Shown piece by piece: positions 35,672 to 45,841 of a stretch of 55,758 bases of DNA. The DNA comes from Candidatus Acidiferrales bacterium (lineage in GTDB: Bacteria > Acidobacteriota > Terriglobia > Acidiferrales > UBA7541): the NCBI GenBank assembly GCA_035710585.1, contig DASTCZ010000055.1:1-55758 (forward strand), written 5' to 3'. A program made the position numbers and the translations under genes. The stretch's first letter is position 1. Each line of letters begins with the position of its first letter. The notes beneath the pieces are model-generated. The model searched no databases and had not been told where the DNA came from. It was given only the letters and a program-made list of their open reading frames with translations.

Positions 35672-38026
35672 CTAGGAGAATCGCGCCCTGTATTTTGGCG
35701 CCGAGCGCCGCGCCCGTCCCTCGATCTCCTCGATCGTCTCCGCCAGAAGTTCCATCGGGTGCAGCACCCGCCGCTCGAGCCCCACATGCAGTTGCTCCTG
35801 ACATGAGGTGCCGCTCGCCACCAGCGTTCTACTGCCCCCGCTCGATTCAGCGCTCTGCACCTGCTCAAAAAGTTGCCGCCCCACTGCCATGCTCAAGTCG
35901 TAGTATTCCTTCTTGTACCCGAAGCTTCCCGCCATCCCGCAGCATTCGACGTTCGAAGTCTCGACATCGAAACCGCACAGCCGCAGCAATCCTTCCACAG
36001 CGGCCGCCGCGCCGATCGTGCGTTGCTGGCAATGAGAATGCAGCATCACCTGCGTTCCCCGCGGCTGATCGTTCGCCGGAAAGAAGTCTTGCGGGTTCAG
36101 TTGATGCCGCGAAAACAGCGTCACCAGATACTCGCACGGGTCGAAACAGTGGCTCCGGATTTTTTCGAATCTTCCGCGCATCCCCTCGCCATCGAGCAAT
36201 TCACGAAATTCCATTCGAAACATTGCCAGCACGCTCGGCTCTACCACCGCAATCTCCCGCCCTTGGCCGATGTATCTCTCCAGCAAATCCGCGGTTCGCT
36301 GCGCCTGCCGCCTCGCAGTTTCCACGAGACCTTGCGAAAGCGCCGCCCGTCCATCCGCGCTTACTGGGCTAACGATTACGTCCGCGCCCGCCGCTTCCAG
36401 TACGCGCAGCGTCGCAAGTCCCCGCGCCGGCGATCCGTAGTTCGTAAACACGTCCGCGAAGACCACAACTTTTCCAGTCGCATCGCCACGCTTCGATCGC
36501 ACGCCGCGTGTCCGCTTTGCTGCCGCCTCCACAAACGTCGGGCTCGCGAACTTCGGCATGGCGCGCCGCTGATCCACACCAAACACGCGCTCCATTATTT
36601 TTCGCGCCAGCTTCGATTCGCCCGCTCTATTCGCGATCCCCGCGAACCTCGCGCCCCATCTCCCAAAGATGTCGTACCGCCCAAAAAACAATTTCTCCAG
36701 CGACGCTTCCTCTCGCGCATCTCCATCGCTCGCGATCAGCGCCGCGAGCCCACGCGACGCCATCGTCGCCTCCCCCGGGTTCAGACGCCGCCGCAACTCC
36801 GTGTTCAATCCCGGCACGTCGATTCTCACCGGACACTGATTCACGCACCGCGAGCATCCCGTGCACAGCTCGCTGAATCTCGCGTGCCCCAGCCCTCGCG
36901 TCCCCGCTTCCCACGCTCCTCCAATCCCGCCCGAGTAAGTCTCGCCGCCAAACGCGTGCCCGCCCACCGTCTGAAAGTTCGCGCAGCTATTCAGGCACGC
37001 GCTGCAGCGGATGCAATAGAGCGCTTCACTCAGCACGGGATCATCGCGCATCGCGCTGCGCCCGTTGTCCAGAATCACCAGATGGAAGTCGCGCCGCGGC
37101 GCCGCATCTCCGTCCGTCAATACCGGCACATCCATAAGCGGCGGGCGCAAAATGCTGGTGTAAGAACTCATCAGTTGCCCGGTCGCGCTTGCCGCCAGCA
37201 GCTCGATGAACGGCGCCACGTCCGCGCGTGTCGGTAGGATTTTCTCCGCGCCGGAAATCGCTATGTGCAGCGGCGGCATCGCCGTCGTCATCCGGATATT
37301 CGCTTCGCTTTCCACCAGCACGACCGACCCCGAATCAGCGATCACAAAATTCGCGCCCGTGATTCCAGCGTCGGCCGCCAAAAATTTCCGTCGCAGCATC
37401 TTCCGCGCGAACGCAGTCAGCTCTTCGCCTGTCTCCAGCGGCTCGTCCGTCCGGAATTTCCTCTTAAAGAGCGCCGATATTCGCTCGCGGCTGTAGTGCA
37501 CTGCCGGAGCGATCACGTGCGATGGCTGCTCGTCCGCCACTTGTAGGATGAATTCCGCCAGGTCCGTCTCGGCCACCTCGATTCCCGCCGCCTCCAGCGC
37601 GTGATTCAGCCGGATCTCTTCCGACGTCATCGACTTGCCCTTCACCGCCAGCCGCACTCGCGCGCGCTTGCAAACTTCAGTCACATATCGCGCCGCGTCA
37701 GCGGCATCGCGCGCCAAATAGAAATTTCCGCCATTGCGCCGCACGCTCTCGCCCAACGTCTCGACCAGCTCCGGCAATCGCGCGATCGCGTCCTCTTTGA
37801 TCGCCCGCGCGCGGTCTTTCAGCTCTTCGTAATCCGGCAGCGCGGCCACCGCCGCATAGCGGCCGCGATTAAAAGTCTGCGTGTTGTGCCGCACCGCAGG
37901 ACTTTCCACTCGCAGCGTCGCGCGAATCGCCGTCCGCAGCGCCTTCTTGGAGGACTTATCTGCGTAAGTGCGCGGAGACTGATCGCTCGCACGCCGTGAA
38001 AATCTTGGGGAGGGATGCTCGCTCAT
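35672..38026 (-). CDS. LutB-like LUD/4Fe-4S protein fused to a LutA/GlpC-like CCG-domain Fe-S oxidoreductase
   Basis: 784 aa. It has two 4Fe-4S motifs (CIRCSACLNSC and CTGCSRCVNQCP). The C-terminal half has cysteine-rich CCG motifs (CCGMAGSFG). Confidence 0.75.
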   Translation of the reverse strand: MSEHPSPRFSRRASDQSPRTYADKSSKKALRTAIRATLRVESPAVRHNTQTFNRGRYAAVAALPDYEELKDRARAIKEDAIARLPELVETLGESVRRNGGNFYLARDAADAARYVTEVCKRARVRLAVKGKSMTSEEIRLNHALEAAGIEVAETDLAEFILQVADEQPSHVIAPAVHYSRERISALFKRKFRTDEPLETGEELTAFARKMLRRKFLAADAGITGANFVIADSGSVVLVESEANIRMTTAMPPLHIAISGAEKILPTRADVAPFIELLAASATGQLMSSYTSILRPPLMDVPVLTDGDAAPRRDFHLVILDNGRSAMRDDPVLSEALYCIRCSACLNSCANFQTVGGHAFGGETYSGGIGGAWEAGTRGLGHARFSELCTGCSRCVNQCPVRIDVPGLNTELRRRLNPGEATMASRGLAALIASDGDAREEASLEKLFFGRYDIFGRWGARFAGIANRAGESKLARKIMERVFGVDQRRAMPKFASPTFVEAAAKRTRGVRSKRGDATGKVVVFADVFTNYGSPARGLATLRVLEAAGADVIVSPVSADGRAALSQGLVETARRQAQRTADLLERYIGQGREIAVVEPSVLAMFRMEFRELLDGEGMRGRFEKIRSHCFDPCEYLVTLFSRHQLNPQDFFPANDQPRGTQVMLHSHCQQRTIGAAAAVEGLLRLCGFDVETSNVECCGMAGSFGYKKEYYDLSMAVGRQLFEQVQSAESSGGSRTLVASGTSCQEQLHVGLERRVLHPMELLAETIEEIEGRARRSAPKYRARFS

Positions 38027-38565
38027 TCGAGGATCAAAATGTGCAGCTGGTGCGGCCCGTGTACTCCGCGCACCAGCGGTCCCATGTCTGCCGTCGCGCT
38101 CGGTCCAGTCACGAACACGAAATTTCGATTCAATCCGCGCGCTCCGATTCGCGTGCCCTCGTCAAAGAGGTCCGCTGGCCGCTCAACGATATTTTCCTTT
38201 GCTAGCAATGCGATATGCAGCCGCGGCAGCAAGCTCGCATACGCCGCGCCGCCGTCGCTCAATTCGATGCACACGGTGCCCGTTCGCGCAATTCCAGCGA
38301 ACGCTTCCGTGATCCCCACATCCGCGGCGGCCCATTCCTTGCGCGACTGGCTTTGAATCACTCCCGGCAACACGCGGCACGCGGCGAAAATTTCTGGGGG
38401 CAGATCGCTGGCCTCCGCCACCACAATTCTCTTCGCGTCCACGGCCCCGCGGCTCACCGCCTCCGCAACATCTTCGGGCGAGGCCTTTACGCGCTCAGTC
38501 GTCGCCGCCGCTGCCTCGGCAGCCGCAATGAATTGGTCGATCTTTTCCGCTGAAACTGTACTCAT
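38023..38565 (-). CDS. LutC-like LUD-domain protein
   Basis: 180 aa. It overlaps the downstream LutB-like gene by 4 nt. Its size and context fit lactate utilisation protein C (YkgG family). Confidence 0.6.
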   Translation of the reverse strand: MSTVSAEKIDQFIAAAEAAAATTERVKASPEDVAEAVSRGAVDAKRIVVAEASDLPPEIFAACRVLPGVIQSQSRKEWAAADVGITEAFAGIARTGTVCIELSDGGAAYASLLPRLHIALLAKENIVERPADLFDEGTRIGARGLNRNFVFVTGPSATADMGPLVRGVHGPHQLHILILE

Positions 38566-38715
38566 TCCGCCGCGGATTCCGTTCCGCGCGGCTTACTCTA
38601 CAAGATTCCTCATCGTCGCGAAATCAGCCGCAACTGCGGCACGCCACGCACAGATCTCCTCGGAGGATTTCTTCGCGCAACCAGCCCAAAGGACGTTCAG
38701 CCCCGGCGCGAAAGG

Positions 38716-39108
38716 TCAGTCCATGATGCTGAATTGTAAGTACGGCCTGGAAACTTTTACGATCACGTCGCGATCGTCTTCCCGATTCGTCAGCCGGCCT
38801 TCGCTGTCGTGCTTTGGCCCGCCAAACACGCTGAATTCCACATCAACCTTGAAATACGGACAATCTCGGCTCACATACGTGCGTTGCGTGGTTGTCGATA
38901 ATCCGCCTTCGATGTCCGTTACCGTCAGCAGTTCCTTCCGGGTCATTCCCGGCTTGATCGTCTCAAGCTTCTTCAGCGCCTCTCCCACCCAAGCTGTGTG
39001 TTCTTCGCCGCAAGGTGTCTGAGGCCCCGCCCGCGTGCTCCGCGCCGGCGCGCCACTGCCGGCAACAAACGACAACATCAACATTCCAAGTACGAAGCGA
39101 ATCTTCAT
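38716..39108 (-). CDS. Small secreted hypothetical protein
   Basis: 130 aa with the signal peptide MKIRFVLGMLMLSFVAGSGA. Confidence 0.6.
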   Translation of the reverse strand: MKIRFVLGMLMLSFVAGSGAPARSTRAGPQTPCGEEHTAWVGEALKKLETIKPGMTRKELLTVTDIEGGLSTTTQRTYVSRDCPYFKVDVEFSVFGGPKHDSEGRLTNREDDRDVIVKVSRPYLQFSIMD

Positions 39109-39402
39109 CTGTCTTCTCCTCTACGCTCGCTATCGAAATCCCTCCACACGTGGAGCAGCTGTCATTTGGACGTGTGTGTTCACCGCACGGTTGTCACCGC
39201 CTTTGCAACTCCTGTTCAACTGAATTTTGAACCCTCCGCGGCGTCTCGTCTGAGCTCCGTCACCTCGCGCAGTAGCCAGGTCAGCTGAGACCCCATCAAG
39301 CGCTTTGGGCAATCTAATAAACATAGAGAAAGCGTAGAAGAATGGCCTGGGCTTTCTGCCCTGCGGCAGGAAGCCGTTTGGAGAGCCTGAAAGGAGGCTC
39401 AC

Positions 39403-39753
39403 ATGGTTCGAAACATCGTACCGAAGTTGCTCGTGGCCGCCGCGCTGGCGTCCCTGATAGTGGGGCCGGCGTGGAGTTCGCCCGCGGACAGAAGAGCCGA
39501 ACAAACAGTGCGTTTTGAGCACTCAACAATGGTCAATAGAACCGAAGTGCCGGCGGGTGAATACTTGCTCGTGGTCAAAGGCGACCGGCTGAAGGTTGAG
39601 AACATGAGTGACCACCGCGTGATGGCCGAATCGCCGATTACGTGGAAACACGTGAGCCGGCCGGTATTGCGAAAGCTTGACGTTGACCGCGGCGTGCTGA
39701 CGAAGGTGAATTTCCGCGACATGCATGAATCGGTGATTCTGCACAACTCATAA
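39403..39753 (+). CDS. Small secreted hypothetical protein
   Basis: 116 aa with a strong RBS (AAAGGAGG) 5 nt upstream. The signal peptide is MVRNIVPKLLVAAALASLIVGPAWS. A terminator follows. Confidence 0.65.
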   Translation: MVRNIVPKLLVAAALASLIVGPAWSSPADRRAEQTVRFEHSTMVNRTEVPAGEYLLVVKGDRLKVENMSDHRVMAESPITWKHVSRPVLRKLDVDRGVLTKVNFRDMHESVILHNS

Positions 39754-39780
39754 CGAGCAAGCAGAACATTAATGTGGTGA

Positions 39781-39810
39781 GGCAGGGAGCAAGGGCTCCC
39801 TGCCTTTTTT
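39781..39810 (+). terminator. Rho-independent terminator
   Basis: A 10-bp stem (GGCAGGGAGC/GCTCCCTGCC) with loop AAGG is followed by T6. Confidence 0.8.
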
Positions 39811-39885
39811 GTGCCGAGCGTTGAGCGACTGCCCGGCCCTGATCTTCACCTGCCGTGTTAAAGTAATTCCCATCCACTCAACAAT

Positions 39886-39960
39886 TCCGGGGTGGTGCAA
39901 TTGGCAGCACATCAGACTTTGGATCTGAGAATCTTGGTTCGAGTCCAAGCCCCGGAGCCA
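39886..39960 (+). tRNA. tRNA-Gln (anticodon TTG), CCA encoded
   Basis: The acceptor stem is TCCGGGG/CCCCGGA. The anticodon stem-loop is TCAGA-CTTTGGA-TCTGA and the T arm is CTTGG-TTCGAGT-CCAAG. Confidence 0.92.
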
Positions 39961-40036
39961 CTCTCCCCGCACATCGCCGCGCGTAGTTTTTTACAAATCG
40001 CCGGGAAACCTTTTCCGAAATTCCGCGTATAACCTG

Positions 40037-40051
40037 TATGGGTATCCCATA
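40037..40051. promoter_or_regulatory. Candidate PadR operator (palindrome TATGGG-TAT-CCCATA)
   Basis: These are perfect 6-bp inverted arms, 32 nt upstream of the padR ATG. The palindrome is short, so chance occurrence is possible. Confidence 0.3.
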
Positions 40052-40082
40052 GGGCATTCTATTGGGCCCCCAAAGGAGCCGC

Positions 40083-40427
40083 ATGGGCGATAAAACCGAC
40101 GTCTGGCAGGGCACTCTCGCCCTCATGATCCTCAAAACTTTGCAGGCCTTGGGCCCGATGCACGGATACGGCATCGCGCGCCGCATCGAGCAGATCAGCG
40201 GCAATGCGCTTCTCGTCAATTACGGCACGCTCTATCCCGCGCTGCTCAAACTCGAGCAGGAAGGTTACATCGCCTCCGAGTGGGGCGCCTCCGACAACAA
40301 CCGCAAAGCCAAGTTTTACCGCCTCACGCGCGCCGGCCGCAAACAGGTCGAACGCGAAGCCCGCCAGTGGACTCAGGCTACCGAAATCCTCGCCCGCTTC
40401 CTGAAACCAGACGAACAAAAGTCATGA
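40083..40427 (+). CDS. PadR-family transcriptional regulator
   Basis: I place the start at the ATG at 40083, behind AAGGAG. The sequence LALMILKTLQALGPMHGYGIARRIEQISG...YPALLKLEQEGYI is a typical PadR winged helix. Its stop forms an ATGA overlap with the first ADOP gene. Confidence 0.9.
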   Translation: MGDKTDVWQGTLALMILKTLQALGPMHGYGIARRIEQISGNALLVNYGTLYPALLKLEQEGYIASEWGASDNNRKAKFYRLTRAGRKQVEREARQWTQATEILARFLKPDEQKS

Positions 40428-43138
40428 GATCGCTCCGCGCATTGCTCTCGCGAATGGCGGCTCTGTTCAACAGGAGTGCCCGCGATCGTGAATTGGCCCG
40501 CGAACTCGAATCCAATCTCGCTCTCCACACTGAAGAGAATCTCCGCAGCGGCCTCGCGCCTCGCGACGCCCGCCGCGAAGCGCTTCTGAAATTGGGCGGA
40601 GCTACTGCCGCGTCGCAAATCTATCGCGAACGAGCCGGCTTGCCCGCGCTCGAATCTGTTTTATCCGACATCCGCTTTGCTTTTCGCTCTCTGCGCAAGA
40701 ATCCTGGCTTCACATGCGTTGCGATTCTTTCGCTCGCTCTCGGCATCGGCGCAAATGCCGCCATCTTCCAGGTTCTCGACGCCGTCCGTCTCCGTAGTTT
40801 GCCCGTTCCCAACCCCCACCAGTTGGCTCGCATTGAGATTCGCGGTGGCAACCGCGGCTTCGGCATCACCAGCGATAATTTCGCTCTCAGTTATCCGCTC
40901 TTCGAGCAAGTTCGCGACAATCAGCAGGAATTCTCCAGCGTTCTTGCCTGGTCGCAGTATGTGTTCGAGATTCGAGAGGGCGCGCAGAAATATCGCGCGG
41001 AAGGATTGCTCGCGAGCGGCAGCTTTTTCGATACGCCACAGCTCGCCCCCGCGGCCGGCCGGCTCTTCGCCGCCGCTGACGATTCCGCCGGTTGCGCCTC
41101 CCCTCTGGTCGTACTCAGCTACGGCGAATGGCAAAGATCTTTCGGCGGCGCGCTCTCTGCTATCGGCAGCCGCTATCACATTGGCGATTTCGCGTTTGAG
41201 ATCGTCGGCGTCGCGCCGAAGGATTTTTCCGGCCCCGAAGTCGGCAGGAGATTCGATTTCGCCTTGCCGCTTTGCGCCACGCAACTTTTCGCAGGCGGAC
41301 CTAAAAACAGTCCACTTCTGAAGCGCGACCACTTTTGGCTAGCCGTAATCGGCCGGCTGAAACCCGGCGCGAGCTTCGAACAGGCCTCCGCTCAATTGCT
41401 CGCCATCAGCCCCGGCATCTTCGGTGCAACATCGCCCTCGGGATATAGCGCAGCCGGTCTCGACGAGTACCGCGCCTTCCGCCTGGAAGCTGTTCCGGCA
41501 GCCAATGGCATCAGCGCGCTCCGCGAAAAATATGACGCCTCGCTCTGGGTTCTGCTCGGAATGACCGGACTCGTTCTACTGATTACCTGCGCGAATCTTA
41601 CCAATCTCATGCTCGCTCGCGCCAGTTCTTGTCAGCGTGAATTTTCGGTCAAACTCGCTCTGGGTGCGTCACGCCTCCGGCTTGCTCGGCAGATCAGTTG
41701 CGAAAGCGTTCTGCTCGGGGCCGCGGGTGCCGCGATCGGAATATTAATCGCGCAACCGGTGAGCCGTTTGTTAGTGGCGTCCATCGCCGCAGAAAGCTCC
41801 TCCTTGCAACTCGATCTGCACGCCGATTGGCGTATTCTCGGATTCGCCTCTGCGATCGCGCTCATCGCCTGCGTGCTTTCTGGCTTGCTTCCCGCGCTGC
41901 GCTCTTCACGCGCCCATCCCGGCGATGCGCTCAAATCCTCTGGCCGCGGCAACACATCGAGTCGCGGCGGCTTTTCCTATCAGCGCGTGCTCGTCGCGGC
42001 GCAAGTGTGCGTATCGTTCGCTCTCGTCGCGGGCGCGCTCCTTTTCGTCCGCAGCTTTCAGAAGATGATCAGCTTCGATCCCGGTTTTCAGGAGGAAGGA
42101 ATCCTTCTCTGCCAGTTCGACTTCAGCTGCGTTCCGCACATCGATCGCTCTGCCATGATTCCGTTTGAGCGGCAACTCGTAGACGACTTCCGCGCAGTAC
42201 CCGGCGTTCAGGCCGCAGGTTTCACCACGCACATTTTTCTCGATGGCTCCAGTTGGTCGTTCGCCACTCGCGTTGGCGCTTCGCGCGCGTCGTCGAAATT
42301 CACGTGGATCGGTCCCGGCTTCTTCGACACCATGCGGATCCCCGTCATCGCCGGCCGCGACATTAGCGTTGAAGATTCCGAAAGCTCTCCGAGTGTCGCG
42401 ATCGTCAACCAGGCGTTTCTCCGCCGCTTCTTTCCTTCTGGCGATGCCATTGGAAAAACTTTCCGCCATGATGCCGAACCGAATTATCCGGAAGCCGAAT
42501 ATCAGATCGTCGGCGCGGTTGCCGACTCGAAATATTCCAGCGTGCGCGCAGCCATTCCGCCGGAAGTGTTCGTCCCTTATACGCAAAACCCCTCTCCGAG
42601 TCCCTCCGCGTCCATTTTTGTCCGCTCCTCGGCGTCGCTCACCTCTTTGGGTAGGTCCATCACACAAGATCTCACGCGCCTGCATCCCGGCCTCGAAATC
42701 GAACCGCACATCTTTCAGGAGCAAATTCGCGCCGGCTTCATTGAGGAACGCCTATTGGCCGCAGTCAGCGGCGCATTCGGCTCGCTCGCCATTCTTCTCG
42801 CGTGTCTTGGATTGTACGGAGTCGTGTCCTACATGGTGGCCCGGCGTCACCGCGAAATCGGCATTCGCATGGCTCTCGGCGCTTCGAAATCCACCGTCCG
42901 CTGGATGATTTCGCGCGAGAGCCTCTCGCTGGTCGCCGTTGGCCTCGCCATTGGCGTTCCTATCGCATTGGCAGGTGGCCGCGTCGTGGCATCGCGTCTC
43001 TTTGGAATTCGCCCCGCCGATCCGGTCACTCTGGTCGCCGCGATCGCGTTGCTCCTCTCCGTCACCGCAGTCGCTGCCGTCATTCCCGCCGCGCGAGCGT
43101 CGCGGCAGGATCCAAATGTGGCCCTCCGCGATGAGTAA
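40424..43138 (+). CDS. ADOP-family duplicated FtsX/MacB-like permease, copy 1
   Basis: 904 aa. It has the conserved N-terminus [25 protein letters not shown] and two MacB_PCD/FtsX-type permease halves. There is no ATPase domain. Confidence 0.85.
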   Translation: MRSLRALLSRMAALFNRSARDRELARELESNLALHTEENLRSGLAPRDARREALLKLGGATAASQIYRERAGLPALESVLSDIRFAFRSLRKNPGFTCVAILSLALGIGANAAIFQVLDAVRLRSLPVPNPHQLARIEIRGGNRGFGITSDNFALSYPLFEQVRDNQQEFSSVLAWSQYVFEIREGAQKYRAEGLLASGSFFDTPQLAPAAGRLFAAADDSAGCASPLVVLSYGEWQRSFGGALSAIGSRYHIGDFAFEIVGVAPKDFSGPEVGRRFDFALPLCATQLFAGGPKNSPLLKRDHFWLAVIGRLKPGASFEQASAQLLAISPGIFGATSPSGYSAAGLDEYRAFRLEAVPAANGISALREKYDASLWVLLGMTGLVLLITCANLTNLMLARASSCQREFSVKLALGASRLRLARQISCESVLLGAAGAAIGILIAQPVSRLLVASIAAESSSLQLDLHADWRILGFASAIALIACVLSGLLPALRSSRAHPGDALKSSGRGNTSSRGGFSYQRVLVAAQVCVSFALVAGALLFVRSFQKMISFDPGFQEEGILLCQFDFSCVPHIDRSAMIPFERQLVDDFRAVPGVQAAGFTTHIFLDGSSWSFATRVGASRASSKFTWIGPGFFDTMRIPVIAGRDISVEDSESSPSVAIVNQAFLRRFFPSGDAIGKTFRHDAEPNYPEAEYQIVGAVADSKYSSVRAAIPPEVFVPYTQNPSPSPSASIFVRSSASLTSLGRSITQDLTRLHPGLEIEPHIFQEQIRAGFIEERLLAAVSGAFGSLAILLACLGLYGVVSYMVARRHREIGIRMALGASKSTVRWMISRESLSLVAVGLAIGVPIALAGGRVVASRLFGIRPADPVTLVAAIALLLSVTAVAAVIPAARASRQDPNVALRDE
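40496..40551 (+). repeat. 56-nt segment identical to 43226-43281 (N-terminal motif of ADOP copies 1 and 2)
   Basis: GCCCGCGAACTCGAATCCAATCTCGCTCTCCACACTGAAGAGAATCTCCGCAGCGG is found in both genes. The flanking sequence is clearly diverged. Confidence 0.9.
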
Positions 43139-43153
43139 GGGGCGCGGTTCGCG

Positions 43154-45784
43154 ATGAGAGCACTCCGCGCATTCTTCGTTCGCCTGGGCTCGCTCTTTGT
43201 CAAAAACTCGCGCGAACGCGATTTCGCCCGCGAACTCGAATCCAATCTCGCTCTCCACACTGAAGAGAATCTCCGCAGCGGTCTCAGCCTGCGCGACGCC
43301 CGCCGTGCAGCCCTTCTCAAGTTCGGCGGCATATCGCAAGCCACCGAAAGCTATCGCGAACGAAGAGGTCTTCCCATGCTCGAAACTCTCTTGCAAGATT
43401 TTCGTTACGGCATTCGCACGCTGCTGAAGAATCCCGGCTTCACCGCCGTCGCCATTCTCACGCTCGCGCTCGGCATCGGCGCCAACGCTGCTATCTTCAC
43501 TGTCATCAAAGCCGTGCTCCTCGAACCGCTCCCCTATCCTCATCCCGAGCGATTGGTCGACCTCTACGAGCGCGACGTGATTGGAACGAATCCTTTCAAC
43601 ATCGTTTCCGGCGCGAATTTTCTCGATTGGCAGCATGATGCGCGCAGCTTCGAGCAAATCGCCGTCTACGGCGAGTGGAGCTCAGCGCTGAGTCCCAATG
43701 ACGGAGGCGTTCCCGAAGTCGTCGACGGCGCGATCTGTTCGCACGAGCTTTTCTCTGCGCTTAAAGTTCAGCCGGCGATGGGCCGGACTTTCACAGCAGA
43801 AGAAGACCAACACGGCGCTGGCCGGGTCGCGGTGATTAGTGATTCGCTCTGGAAACGCCGCTTTGGCGCACGATCTGACGTTCTCGGCACAACCGTGCGT
43901 CTCGATGGCGAACCGCACACCGTCATCGGCGTGATGCCGCCCGGATTCGGCTTCCCGGGAAGAAGCGTCCACATCTGGCTGCCGGTGTGGCAAATGGTTT
44001 CCGAAAATGATCGCCAGTCGCGCGGCAATCATCGCTTCATGGCCATCGCACGATTAAGGCCAGGTGTGACGATTGATCAAGCCCGCAGCGAATTGGACGG
44101 AATCGCGGCGCGCATTAAGGCAGAACACCCCACGGAGCTGACCGGCAGAGGCGCGAACGTGGTCCGCATGGATGAACACATGGTTTCCGGCGTTCGCCCC
44201 ATGCTTCTGTTGATGCTCGGAGTTGTGGCGTCCGTTCTCCTGATTGCTTGTGTGAACGTGACAAATCTTCTATTGGAGCGGGCTATCTCGCGCAAACGCG
44301 AAGTTGCGGTGCGAGTTTCTTTAGGCGCGAGCCGTTCTCGCATCCTGAGGCAGTTTCTAGTGGAAAGCTCCATTCTTTCGCTCTTCGGCGCGGCGCTCGG
44401 CCTCGCGGTGGCCGTGTTCGGCGTCAGAGTGCTGATCCACATGGCAGGGTACATCCCGCGCATCGATGATGTGCGTGTCGATGGAATCGTGCTCGCCTTC
44501 ACAACCGCAATCGCGCTGCTGACAGGAATCGCCGTCGGCGTGGCTCCCGCCATGTCGAGCTGGCGCGCAGGCCTGAGCACCGCCATGCAGGAAGGCACGC
44601 GCTTGACCCCTGGAAAATCGCGCGCGTTGTTTCGCGACGCCCTTGTCGCCGTGGAAGTCGCGCTTTCTCTCATGCTCCTGATCGGCGCGGGCCTGATGCT
44701 GAAGAGCTTTTGGAAGCTGCACGTAATCGATCCCGGCTTCGCGACCGATCGCGTGGTGGCCATCCGCTTTTCTCTTCCGTACAAACAGCAGCCGCCTCAA
44801 ATCGTGAACACCTTCCGCGATCTCTTGGACCGCGTGCGCGCAACCCCGGGCGTGGAAAGCGCGGGAATCGTATCGGTCGCTCCGCTCGCTGGACACTTTA
44901 TGGATACCACCTTCACAGTGGACGGCCGTCCGCCGCTCCCAAAGGGCCAATTCCTCGACGCCGTGTTTCGCGCTGCCGATCCGCGATACTTCAAAGCGAT
45001 GGGAATCCCGCTGAAACGCGGCCGCGTCTTCACGGAAGCCGATCTTCTGGACGCCGCCGATAAGGCCATCATCACCGAAGGGATGGCGCAGCAGTTCTTC
45101 CCGAACGAAGATCCCATCGGGAAGCGCCTGCGGCTCGACCCGAAGCACGCGTTTGAGATTGTCGGGATCGTTGGCAACACGCGGCAGAACCTGGCGCGCG
45201 ATCCCGAGCCGACCATGTATTTTCCGCTGTACGGTGGCGACTTTAATTGGGGAACGCTGATGATTCGCGCCACGGGCGATCCGAACCTGGTCTCGCTGCC
45301 TGTTCAGAAAATCATGCGCGCGGTAATTCCTGCGCTGCCACCGGTGTCCGTCACCACGACCGAAGAGATGATGGCGGGCGCCACGCAGTCCAATCGCTTC
45401 GCACTTACACTCATCACTCTCTTCGCCGGACTCGCGCTTGTGCTCGCGTCGATCGGACTCTACGGCGTGCTTGCATATTCCGTCCGCCAGCGAACCGGCG
45501 AAATGGGAATTCGTATCGCGCTGGGAGCGGATGCGCCCGCGATCACGAAGCTTGTCCTCTGGCAGGGCATGAAGCCGGCAGCAGTGGGCATCGCCGCCGG
45601 ATTGCTCGGAGGCCTCGCATCGACGCGGCTGATCCAATCGCTTCTGTTCCAGGTGAAGCCAAATGACCCAATCGTGATCGCCGCGGTTGCGTTAGTACTC
45701 GCGCTGATCGCCATGGCAGCGTCTTTCGCGCCCGCGTGGAGAGCGACGCGAATCGATCCCGTCATCGCATTGCGAACGGAGTAG
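43154..45784 (+). CDS. ADOP-family duplicated FtsX/MacB-like permease, copy 2
   Basis: 876 aa. It is a paralog of copy 1 with the same N-terminal motif and a duplicated FtsX architecture. Confidence 0.85.
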   Translation: MRALRAFFVRLGSLFVKNSRERDFARELESNLALHTEENLRSGLSLRDARRAALLKFGGISQATESYRERRGLPMLETLLQDFRYGIRTLLKNPGFTAVAILTLALGIGANAAIFTVIKAVLLEPLPYPHPERLVDLYERDVIGTNPFNIVSGANFLDWQHDARSFEQIAVYGEWSSALSPNDGGVPEVVDGAICSHELFSALKVQPAMGRTFTAEEDQHGAGRVAVISDSLWKRRFGARSDVLGTTVRLDGEPHTVIGVMPPGFGFPGRSVHIWLPVWQMVSENDRQSRGNHRFMAIARLRPGVTIDQARSELDGIAARIKAEHPTELTGRGANVVRMDEHMVSGVRPMLLLMLGVVASVLLIACVNVTNLLLERAISRKREVAVRVSLGASRSRILRQFLVESSILSLFGAALGLAVAVFGVRVLIHMAGYIPRIDDVRVDGIVLAFTTAIALLTGIAVGVAPAMSSWRAGLSTAMQEGTRLTPGKSRALFRDALVAVEVALSLMLLIGAGLMLKSFWKLHVIDPGFATDRVVAIRFSLPYKQQPPQIVNTFRDLLDRVRATPGVESAGIVSVAPLAGHFMDTTFTVDGRPPLPKGQFLDAVFRAADPRYFKAMGIPLKRGRVFTEADLLDAADKAIITEGMAQQFFPNEDPIGKRLRLDPKHAFEIVGIVGNTRQNLARDPEPTMYFPLYGGDFNWGTLMIRATGDPNLVSLPVQKIMRAVIPALPPVSVTTTEEMMAGATQSNRFALTLITLFAGLALVLASIGLYGVLAYSVRQRTGEMGIRIALGADAPAITKLVLWQGMKPAAVGIAAGLLGGLASTRLIQSLLFQVKPNDPIVIAAVALVLALIAMAASFAPAWRATRIDPVIALRTE
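43226..43281 (+). repeat. Second copy of the 56-nt identical segment
   Basis: See 40496-40551. Confidence 0.9.
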
Positions 45785-45841
45785 CGGAACGATGGGGCAA
45801 CGATCCACATCGCGCGTCTTCATCGCTGAGGTGAATCGACA

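Noticed and set aside
35873-37237. Very long ORFs antisense to well-supported genes: 454 aa here, 426 aa at 44357-45637, 326 aa at 46046-47026, 291 aa at 6248-7123 and 289 aa at 1374-2243.
   Set aside because: They overlap genes with clear catalytic motifs on the opposite strand. They are Arg/Pro/Ala/Ser-rich with no motifs or RBS. These are typical shadow ORFs of high-GC DNA.
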